Source of the DNA: Lachnospiraceae bacterium
Lineage (GTDB): Bacteria; Bacillota; Clostridia; Lachnospirales; Lachnospiraceae
Length of the DNA: 64,000 nt
Direction of reading: 5' to 3'
Assembly: GCA_051880475.1 (NCBI GenBank)
Contig: JBJEOA010000055.1
Span: 28,629-92,628 of the forward strand
The notes beneath the pieces were generated by a model. The model ran no database searches. It saw nothing but the letters and a program-made list of their open reading frames with translations, and was not told the DNA's origin. Position 1 is the first letter of the stretch. Each line of letters starts with the position of its first letter. A program made the position numbers and the translations under genes. Positions 27,763 to 35,776 of the stretch are shown here, piece by piece.

Positions 27763-28998
27763 ATGTTTGATTTTAATGAGGTAAAAAATTTTGATCCAGA
27801 AGTTGCCAAGGCAATGGAGGACGAGCTAGGAAGACAGAGAAATAATTTAGAGCTTATCGCTTCTGAAAATTTAGTTTCTAAGGCTGTTATGGCTGCAATG
27901 GGAAGTCATTTGACAAATAAATACGCTGAGGGATATCCTGGAAAGAGATATTATGGCGGTTGTGAGTATGTTGATGTTGTGGAAGATTTAGCAAGAGATA
28001 GAGCAAAAGAACTTTTTGGTTGTGAGTATGTAAATGTACAGCCTCATTCAGGAGCACAGGCTAATATGGCTGTATTTTTTGCAGTAATGGAGCCAGGTGA
28101 TACATTTATGGGAATGAATCTTGACCACGGCGGACATTTAACACATGGAAGTCCTGTGAATATGTCAGGAAAAAATTATAAATGTGTACCTTATGGAGTA
28201 AACGATGATGGATTTATCGATTATGATAAAGTAAGAGAAATTGCTCTAGAGTGCAAGCCTAAATTAATTGTCGCTGGTGCTAGTGCGTATGCAAGAGCAA
28301 TTGATTTTAAGAAATTTAGAGAGATTGCGGATGAAGTAGGAGCAGTTTTAATGGTAGATATGGCTCATATTGCAGGTCTCGTTGCAGCTGGATTACATGA
28401 AAGTCCAATTCCTTATGCTCATGTGACAACAACTACAACACATAAGACACTTCGAGGACCAAGAGGCGGTATGATTTTATCTAGCGAGGAAGTAAATAAA
28501 AAATATAACTTTAATAAAGCTATCTTCCCAGGAATTCAGGGTGGTCCTTTGATGCATGTAATCGCAGGAAAGGCCGTATGCTTTAAAGAAGCATTATCTG
28601 ACGAGTTTAAGGCTTATCAGGCACAGGTTGTAAAAAATGCAAGCACACTTGCAAGTGCACTTATGGAGCGCGGATTTGATATCGTATCTGGCGGTACAGA
28701 TAACCACTTAATGCTCGTAGACCTTAAGAAGCTTGACAAGACAGGAAAAGAAGTAGAGAAATTATTGGATAGTGTTCATATTACATGTAATAAAAACACA
28801 GTACCTAATGATCCGAAGTCTCCATTTGTCACAAGTGGTATCCGTCTTGGAACACCTGCTGTCACAACAAGAGGTCTTAAAGAAGACGATATGGTACAAA
28901 TCGCTGAGGCAATTAAATTAGCAGTGATTGATGCAGACCTTGAGGGTGCTGAGGCAATTGTAAAGGCTTTGACAGAAAAATATCCTCTTTATGAGTAA
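27763..28998 (+). CDS. glyA: Serine hydroxymethyltransferase
   Basis: [23 protein letters not shown]-lysine motif, 411 aa. Confidence 0.95.
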   Translation: MFDFNEVKNFDPEVAKAMEDELGRQRNNLELIASENLVSKAVMAAMGSHLTNKYAEGYPGKRYYGGCEYVDVVEDLARDRAKELFGCEYVNVQPHSGAQANMAVFFAVMEPGDTFMGMNLDHGGHLTHGSPVNMSGKNYKCVPYGVNDDGFIDYDKVREIALECKPKLIVAGASAYARAIDFKKFREIADEVGAVLMVDMAHIAGLVAAGLHESPIPYAHVTTTTTHKTLRGPRGGMILSSEEVNKKYNFNKAIFPGIQGGPLMHVIAGKAVCFKEALSDEFKAYQAQVVKNASTLASALMERGFDIVSGGTDNHLMLVDLKKLDKTGKEVEKLLDSVHITCNKNTVPNDPKSPFVTSGIRLGTPAVTTRGLKEDDMVQIAEAIKLAVIDADLEGAEAIVKALTEKYPLYE

Positions 28999-29056
28999 GA
29001 TATAATAAAAATAGAATTATCGGTTAATACTAAATTTTAAACTATTTGATACGAAG

Positions 29057-29097
29057 AAAAAATTCCACGAAAACTTTAATTTTCGTGGAATTTTTTT
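29057..29097. terminator. Bidirectional intrinsic terminator
   Basis: AATTCCACGAAAA (29061-29073) pairs with TTTTCGTGGAATT (29080-29092); A-run before and T-run after. Confidence 0.85.
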
Positions 29098-29134
29098 GTA
29101 GTTTCAAAAATTTAAGCAGGTATCATTTTAATGT

Positions 29135-29773
29135 TTAGAATCCTAATTCTTCTCCGACTAAAACGACTTTAATGCGGCCAGGTACTCTGGAAAAACGAGT
29201 GATGACAGTCTGAGCACAGATACAGTCTGGGCTTAGACAATCTCCGCAGATACCTGTCATAGCACAAGGTGTTTTGCATCCGAGGCGAATTGTATTAGGA
29301 GGACAGGCCTCTCTCTTAATTCGTGCAATCGCGTCCTCCACGTCATTTGCCAGTTTATTCATGCTTGCAACGATAATTACATTTTCAGGACCGTGGCAGA
29401 GTAAAGAGACGCGGTTTCCATTTCCGTCGATATTGACAAGCTCGCCGTCCATTGTGATAGCGTTAGAGCTCATAAGAAAATAGTCTGCGAGATAGGCATC
29501 TTTGAAAAATTCTTTCATAGTTCCCTCTCTTTTTGCTTTGTCTCTGTCAAGGACGATATAATCTTGATTATCCTTTATAAAATCATTAAATCCAATTTCA
29601 GCTAGAGTTACAGAGCCTCCCCATGTGACAGAAGCACCTTTTTTTAGGTATGATTTTACTTTTTCTAAAGCTTCTTCTTTTGTTTGTACATAGCTTGCCT
29701 CAAAGCGGCGATTTTCCATTTTTTCTATTATTTTTTCAGCTAATAATTTTTTTGCCTGTTGTTTTGGTGTCAT
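29135..29773 (-). CDS. LUD-domain (lactate-utilisation LutC-like) protein with Cys-rich C-terminus
   Basis: Pattern VTWGGSVTL...SSNAITMDGELVNIDGNGNR..., plus the C-terminal cluster CKTPCAMTGICGDCLSPDCIC. Confidence 0.65.
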   Translation of the reverse strand: MTPKQQAKKLLAEKIIEKMENRRFEASYVQTKEEALEKVKSYLKKGASVTWGGSVTLAEIGFNDFIKDNQDYIVLDRDKAKREGTMKEFFKDAYLADYFLMSSNAITMDGELVNIDGNGNRVSLLCHGPENVIIVASMNKLANDVEDAIARIKREACPPNTIRLGCKTPCAMTGICGDCLSPDCICAQTVITRFSRVPGRIKVVLVGEELGF

Positions 29774-30061
29774 ATTATCTTTCCTTTCTGTTGCCTTTCA
29801 TTACAAATTTATAATTGGTGAGATTAAAATTTTTTATAGATGATAAAATCTTTCATTATTAATTATAACAAAAAAGAAAAAATCTCTCAAGAAAAATATA
29901 ACCTGCATGATTTCTAAATAAATTTTAAGAATGATATGAAGTATTTTTCGTAAAATTGAAGATTTAAAAATAAAATACGAAAAGAGGATGAAAAATTGAT
30001 GAGAATTTGATATACTAAAAAAAGCAAGAACAAAAGGGCAAATTAGAAAAGGAAAAATAGT

Positions 30062-33000
30062 ATGAATGATAGAATTATATGGATGACAAAATATCAGTTA
30101 AAACAAGAAAAGTTTTCCATTGCTTTATCGGATTCAAATATAGAAATAGAAGTAGAAGCCGGATCATCGTATGAAGGCTCTTTTTCTATGACTAGTGACT
30201 GTGAGAGCGAGATTATAGGAGAGATTATATCAACACATGATCTTGTTGAGGTAAAGAATAAAGTAATTGAGGGAAAACAAGTAGAAGTTTCCTATTTTTT
30301 CAAAGGTAAGCTATCTCTAGTGGGACAAGAAATCACAGGAAGCTTTTATTTAATTACAAATGCGGGAGAGTATGAAATTCCGTATAAAATAAATATTGTA
30401 GCTCCGACTTTAAAATGTAGCTATGGAAAGATTAATACATTAGATGAGTTTGCTGATTTGACAGCAGAAAATTGGGTAGAGGCAAGAGAACTTTTATTTT
30501 GCGAAGATTTTTATAATGTATTTTTAAAAGATGATATTCACTTAAGAGAAGTCTATTACGAGCTCATAAAAGGAAAAGAGAGAGACTGTATTTTAGAGGA
30601 GTTTCTAAAGGCAGCAGGCTGTAAGGAAGTTATAAAACTGCAGTGTGAGGAACAAAAAATAACTCTAAGTGAGGAGGAAAAGCATAAGGATATTTGTATT
30701 AAAAAGACAGAGTGGGGATATATAAAAGGAAATGTCCGCATGAAAAAGGGATGTTTTGGAGTCTCTTGTCAAAATTTTACAACAAGTGATTTTAGCGATG
30801 AAACTTTATGTATCCATGTTTTTGTGGAAGAAGATTATTGCGGGGGAAATATCAATTTAGAAGATGAATTAATCATAGAGACAGCGTATGAGAAACTAAT
30901 TATTCCAATTCGCTATAAAAAATCTGTGGACGAGCAAGTCACTATTGCAAAGCGTACAGATTTAGAGGTTCAAAAGGCGTATTTTACAATCTATAAGCAA
31001 TACTTACTTTTTAGAACAGGTAAGAGTGAGTTTTTAGAGGCAGCAGACTATATCAAATCTAGTATTTCTGTTTTAGAGAAAAAAAACGAGGAGCCTTATT
31101 TTTGTGAACTTCTTCGATTCCATATCGCCATTTTAGGACAGGAAGAGGGATTAGATAATTTTGCGCGAAAGATAGAATCTCGAAGAAAAGAGTATCTTTC
31201 CATGAAAGATATTCGAGAATATTATTATTATCTCATAGCTTTGTATAAGAAAGATCACTCATCTATATTAGAGGCAGTTGTCCAAATTCAAGATACATTT
31301 GAAAAAAGATGTACACCAATTTCTTTCTTCTTTCTCGTCTATTTAGATAAGGAATTAATTCAGGATAAATATCGCCAGTATCAAATTATAAAAGAGTTTT
31401 ATAAACAAGGGTATTGCACTTGTTATCTTTATTTTGAAGCTTTAGAATTATTGAACCAAAATTCAAACTTTATGGAACAAATAGGAGAGTTTGAAATCGG
31501 TCTATTTGAGTGGGGAATGCGTTATGGATATATATCTTTTTCTCTATCTTACCGTTTTACACAGCTTGTATCGCAAGAGAAGCATTTTAGTAAGAGATTA
31601 TTCCGTATTTTAGAGAGTCTTTATCAGGTAGAAGCGGATTCTGTCTATTTATCTGCAATTTGTTCTATGCTCATTCGTGGCAATCGAATTAGCAGAGAGT
31701 ATCATGAGTATTTTGAAAAGGGAATTGCAGCAAATTTAAGATTGGTAGGATTAAATGAATATTATATTCGCAGTATGGATTATAATTCTTATCCAATTTT
31801 ACCAAAGACATTACTTGTCTATTTCACATATAGTAATAGCCTTGATTATATGGAGAGAGCATACCTTTATACGAATGTATTTTTGAATAAAGAAGAATAT
31901 GAGTTTGTCTATGATACCTATGAGATAAAAATTCAGGAGTTTATGAAAGAACAGCTTATGCTTGGAAATGTGAATGAGCATCTTGTAATTTTATATAAAG
32001 AATTTTTGAAGGATAAGACGGAACATGATATCGTAAAATTGATGCCAAATATTGTTTTCCGAAAGAAATTAGTTTGCCATAACGAAAATATGCGCGGAGT
32101 TTATGTGAAACATGATCAGGAAGGAAAAAGCATTTACGTTCCTCTTATTGACGGAAAATGTTATATTGACTTATATACGAATACTTACACACTTGGTTTT
32201 ACGGATAAGGGTGGAAATTGGTATATGAAGGGCATCAATTATGAAATTATTGAACTATTAAATCAAGAAGATTATATGGATATTTGCAGAAAACAATGCT
32301 TAGAGGAGGAGAGAGTTCTCGTTCACAGCGTGGAGAGTATGCTAAACTCTGAGGAAAAAACAGAAGAGTTTGTTCAAGTTGGTGCGCTTGTTTTATATAA
32401 TCGCCATGTAAAACAGTGGGTAAAAGAAAGAGCAATTGAGTATATTTTGGATTATTATTATGAGAGAGGAGACTTTGAGAATTTAAAGAAATATCTCGGA
32501 AAAATTACTTATAAAAATGTTCGTCCGATTTATCGAAATACCCTAATGGATTATTATGTTTCTACGGGTGAGATTGAAAATGCCTATTTTGGAACAGAGC
32601 TTTATGGAAGCGGTAAAATGAATGATGAGCAGTTATATTATATATCTAAATTTGGAATTAATATACAGAAAAACCAAAGGGATGTTTTAACTGCTAATAT
32701 GGCTTATCAGGCATTTTTGGGAGAAAAATATGATAATCAAACGATAGAATATTTGATGGAGCATTATGCAGGAAAACTTTTAGATTTGCTTCGCATTTGG
32801 AATATAGCAAAACAAGAAAATATTGAGCAATCTGAATTTGAAAAGAGAATTTTACTTCAAGCTCTATTTACAAGAAACGAGCAAAACGATCAGGTATTTG
32901 AAGTTTTCTTATCTTATTATGAGAAAGAGCCAGAAGGCAAAGTAATTTATAGTTATATTCCTTATGTGGCAAGTGGATATCTTATCGAAAGTAAAAAAGT

Positions 33001-33604
33001 CCCAGAAAGTTTCTTTGAAATTCTTGGACAAGAGTGCAAAAATCGTCGTGTCAGAGATTTAAAGAGTAAAGTTGCATATTTATATTATTATTCAGATAAA
33101 GAAAGTTTAAGTCAAGAAACGATAGAAACGATAAAAGTGCTTATGAGAGAAATGTTTGGAAATCATATGATGTTTCCTTTCTTCCTTCAATTTAAGGATA
33201 TTGTAGATTTTCCAAAGGGAATTCTTGCAAAAACTTTTGTCACGTATCACGGTGAGAGCAACCAAAATGTGCAATTTTTCTATACCTTAAAAGATGAAAT
33301 TGATACGTATCATCACCGAGTGCAGATGAGAGAGGTATTTGATGGCATTTATGTATATGAAATGTATATCTTCTCAAGTGAAGAATTTGATTATTATATT
33401 ATGATAGATGGAAAAATTCGAAGAGGAAAAGAATATATTACAATCGAAAACTTCTACGAGAAAAATGAGGAGACGAAGAATACAAGATTTGCATTGCTTG
33501 ATCAGATTTTAGAAGAAAAAGATGAAAATAAATCAGAACAAGAGATGGGACAGTATTTGGAGACTTTACAAATCCTAAATGATAATTTAGAAATGATGTT
33601 ATGA
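30062..33604 (+). CDS. 1180-aa protein of unknown function (two N-terminal beta-sandwich-like modules, long helical-repeat body, C-terminal beta module, acidic tail)
   Basis: Long uninterrupted ORF with no P-loop, catalytic or TM motif seen. Repeated module endings GEYEIPYKINIV and EKLIIPIRYKK. Confidence 0.8.
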   Translation: MNDRIIWMTKYQLKQEKFSIALSDSNIEIEVEAGSSYEGSFSMTSDCESEIIGEIISTHDLVEVKNKVIEGKQVEVSYFFKGKLSLVGQEITGSFYLITNAGEYEIPYKINIVAPTLKCSYGKINTLDEFADLTAENWVEARELLFCEDFYNVFLKDDIHLREVYYELIKGKERDCILEEFLKAAGCKEVIKLQCEEQKITLSEEEKHKDICIKKTEWGYIKGNVRMKKGCFGVSCQNFTTSDFSDETLCIHVFVEEDYCGGNINLEDELIIETAYEKLIIPIRYKKSVDEQVTIAKRTDLEVQKAYFTIYKQYLLFRTGKSEFLEAADYIKSSISVLEKKNEEPYFCELLRFHIAILGQEEGLDNFARKIESRRKEYLSMKDIREYYYYLIALYKKDHSSILEAVVQIQDTFEKRCTPISFFFLVYLDKELIQDKYRQYQIIKEFYKQGYCTCYLYFEALELLNQNSNFMEQIGEFEIGLFEWGMRYGYISFSLSYRFTQLVSQEKHFSKRLFRILESLYQVEADSVYLSAICSMLIRGNRISREYHEYFEKGIAANLRLVGLNEYYIRSMDYNSYPILPKTLLVYFTYSNSLDYMERAYLYTNVFLNKEEYEFVYDTYEIKIQEFMKEQLMLGNVNEHLVILYKEFLKDKTEHDIVKLMPNIVFRKKLVCHNENMRGVYVKHDQEGKSIYVPLIDGKCYIDLYTNTYTLGFTDKGGNWYMKGINYEIIELLNQEDYMDICRKQCLEEERVLVHSVESMLNSEEKTEEFVQVGALVLYNRHVKQWVKERAIEYILDYYYERGDFENLKKYLGKITYKNVRPIYRNTLMDYYVSTGEIENAYFGTELYGSGKMNDEQLYYISKFGINIQKNQRDVLTANMAYQAFLGEKYDNQTIEYLMEHYAGKLLDLLRIWNIAKQENIEQSEFEKRILLQALFTRNEQNDQVFEVFLSYYEKEPEGKVIYSYIPYVASGYLIESKKVPESFFEILGQECKNRRVRDLKSKVAYLYYYSDKESLSQETIETIKVLMREMFGNHMMFPFFLQFKDIVDFPKGILAKTFVTYHGESNQNVQFFYTLKDEIDTYHHRVQMREVFDGIYVYEMYIFSSEEFDYYIMIDGKIRRGKEYITIENFYEKNEETKNTRFALLDQILEEKDENKSEQEMGQYLETLQILNDNLEMML

Positions 33605-33751
33605 TGCCAGGGGCAAAAGGTCAAAAAATGGTTCATATTTATATGGTAAGGTATTTGACGTTAGAAACTGCTAAATATGAGGAAAAATAAAGAGAGGCAG
33701 AGTTTGAATGTTTTTAGGATTGCAAAAATAGAAAGAAAGGTTGCATGAGAA

Positions 33752-34834
33752 ATGGCAGAAAAAAAAGATTTAATGTATATCATTGGAATTGATATAAAAG
33801 TCGATCAAGTGCAAATAAGTGTTTTTCAAGAAATCTATAAAGAGCCAATTGAAATTATTAAGCAGTATAAAAATGATTTGTATGAGCAGATAGCACAGGT
33901 TTTTTTAGAAAAAGAAATCCGAATGGAGCAGGTAAGAGAAGTTGTTTTTACGACAGATGAGACGACCAAAAAGGTGAGACAAAGTTATATAGAACTTGCC
34001 AAAAGGCTTGGAGTTCCAAAGGAAAAAATTTCTATTATTACACAGGAAACCGCATATTTACACTATATTTATCGACAAGAAGAAAAAATATGGGATCACA
34101 GAGTATTACTTTTTGATTACGGAAGAGACAAGATTATTTGCAGAAAAATGGAAATCACGCAAAGATCTGTTCCAATGCAGATTCAACTTACCGAGATGGA
34201 TGTATCTGTTCCAGCTTTGTTTACAGGCACGCTAGATAGTAGGGATGAAGTCTTTTCAAAAGTAATTAGAAAAGTAATTGGCAAGGAAGCTATAACGAGT
34301 GTATTTTTAACTGGATCAGGATTTTACGGAAACTGGATGAAAAAATCTTTAAAAGTTTTGTGTTCAGGAAGAAGAGTTTTTTTGGGAGAAAATTTATACT
34401 CAAACGGAGCTTGTTTCTTTAGTGCCTATAAAGATAAGGTGAGAGAACCTGGGGAAGAACCAATTGTAAAAGCGAGAGATTTGGTTATCCACGATATTGG
34501 CTTAATGAGTGGCGATGGCGAGAATGAAAAATTTATTGCCATTACGGAATGTGGAAAAGAATGGTATAATACAAGAGGAAAAATCGAAGTCATATTAGAC
34601 CATGGCAGTCGAATTGAATTCTTATTTAAAAATCGATTTGCAGATGAGATGCAAAAAGAAATTTTAGAAATTTCTTCTCTTCCGGCAAGACCGGATAAAA
34701 CAACGAGACTTGAGATAGAGATTAAATTTCAGGGAGCAAATCAGGGACAGATTTTAGTGAGAGATTTAGGATTTGGTCTGATTTATCCAGCTACCAATAA
34801 AGTATTTATGAAACAATTTACATTATTATCATAG
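33752..34834 (+). CDS. Compact degenerate Hsp70/actin-fold (ASKHA)-like protein
   Basis: IIGIDIKVDQ (phosphate-1-like), LLFDYGRDKI (phosphate-2-like), VFLTGSGF (adenosine-like), and C-terminal RLEIEIKFQGANQGQILVRDLGFG resembling the Hsp70 SBD-beta signature. Confidence 0.7.
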   Translation: MAEKKDLMYIIGIDIKVDQVQISVFQEIYKEPIEIIKQYKNDLYEQIAQVFLEKEIRMEQVREVVFTTDETTKKVRQSYIELAKRLGVPKEKISIITQETAYLHYIYRQEEKIWDHRVLLFDYGRDKIICRKMEITQRSVPMQIQLTEMDVSVPALFTGTLDSRDEVFSKVIRKVIGKEAITSVFLTGSGFYGNWMKKSLKVLCSGRRVFLGENLYSNGACFFSAYKDKVREPGEEPIVKARDLVIHDIGLMSGDGENEKFIAITECGKEWYNTRGKIEVILDHGSRIEFLFKNRFADEMQKEILEISSLPARPDKTTRLEIEIKFQGANQGQILVRDLGFGLIYPATNKVFMKQFTLLS

Positions 34835-34843
34835 AGGTGAATC

Positions 34844-35665
34844 ATGGGAAGAATATTATTATGTAGTTCTAAGATTGCAAGCCAACCCTATGAATTTGCA
34901 GATATCGGAATTTCCGTCAGTTCGTACGAAGAGCTTTGTTTCTTTTTAAGAACGTATTTAGTTATTTGGATGAATACGAAAAAAGATGAGAGATTAGCAG
35001 ATTGGATTGAAAAAGAGCTAGAAATGAAATCTTTAGCGGATAAAATACGTCAGTATCATAATAAGAGAGAAATGATTTTGGAGATTATAAAAAATGGCGT
35101 TTATTTTAATGAGCAGGAGATTTTGGAAATAGAGCAAGAATATGACAATATTCTTGGAAAAAAGATGTGGGAAAAAAAGCTTGAGATGGGAAATATTTAT
35201 CTCTACCATAAAAAATATGAGAGAGCATTAGAGTGTTATGATTATATTTTAATGCAAGAAGATAGAGAGCTTACAGAGGAGATTATCGGGAAGGTGTATC
35301 ATAATTGTGGTATTGCCCACGCTTACTCTTTTGAATTTGACCAGGCGGAAGAAAGCTTTTATAATGCCTACGAGAAGATTTGGTCAGAAAAGTCATTAAA
35401 CTCTTATCTTCTTATGTTATGTATGAATAATAAAGAAGAAGAGGCGATGAAAAAAATAAAGGCGATGGGACTTACGAGGGAGAGATATAATGCAATCTTA
35501 GATGAAATCCATATCTCATCCCGCACTTATAAGGGAACAGCAGATTATTTGAAACTTCAAAGAGGAATTTTTAATAAGGAAAATGGACAGAGTAGTTCTT
35601 ATGCCCGAAAAAAGAAAGAAATTTTGAAAAAATGGAAAAAAGAGTTTCGCTCAGAATTAGTATAA
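34844..35665 (+). CDS. TPR-like helical protein with basic C-terminus, unknown function
   Basis: RBS GAGGTG, 9 nt after the previous stop. TPR-like GNIYLYHKKYERALECYDYIL and CGIAHAYSFEFDQAEESFYNAYE. Confidence 0.7.
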   Translation: MGRILLCSSKIASQPYEFADIGISVSSYEELCFFLRTYLVIWMNTKKDERLADWIEKELEMKSLADKIRQYHNKREMILEIIKNGVYFNEQEILEIEQEYDNILGKKMWEKKLEMGNIYLYHKKYERALECYDYILMQEDRELTEEIIGKVYHNCGIAHAYSFEFDQAEESFYNAYEKIWSEKSLNSYLLMLCMNNKEEEAMKKIKAMGLTRERYNAILDEIHISSRTYKGTADYLKLQRGIFNKENGQSSSYARKKKEILKKWKKEFRSELV

Positions 35666-35672
35666 GAAATAC

Positions 35673-35701
35673 TTGCATTGTTTTTCAATTTATACTATTC
35701 T
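35673..35701 (+). promoter_or_regulatory. Weak candidate promoter for valS
   Basis: TTGCAT (35673-35678), 17-nt spacer, TATTCT (35696-35701). Only a 4/6 match at -10. Confidence 0.3.
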
Positions 35702-35717
35702 ATAGAAATATAAGAGA

Positions 35718-35749
35718 GTTAAATACTGCTAGCTTAGGCAGTATTTAAC
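35718..35749 (+). terminator. 12-bp perfect hairpin (extendable to 15 bp) between the unknown operon and valS
   Basis: GTTAAATACTGC, loop TAGCTTAG, GCAGTATTTAAC. The tail CTTTAAAATT is only weakly U-rich. Confidence 0.5.
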
Positions 35750-35776
35750 TTTAAAATTATAATGGAGGAAGAAGAA

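Noticed and set aside
33628-33690. 20-codon ORF (MVHIYMVRYLTLETAKYEEK) in the gap between the giant gene and the Hsp70-like gene. Also a 15-codon ORF at 61800-61847 in the murE leader.
   Set aside because: The RBS is weak or absent, and nothing beyond chance expectation for short ORFs in AT-rich DNA supports them. They cannot be assessed without conservation or ribosome profiling data.
35666-35776. T-box riboswitch upstream of valS.
   Set aside because: The interval is too short (~110 nt), and the conserved T-box sequence and a specifier-loop architecture are not visible.
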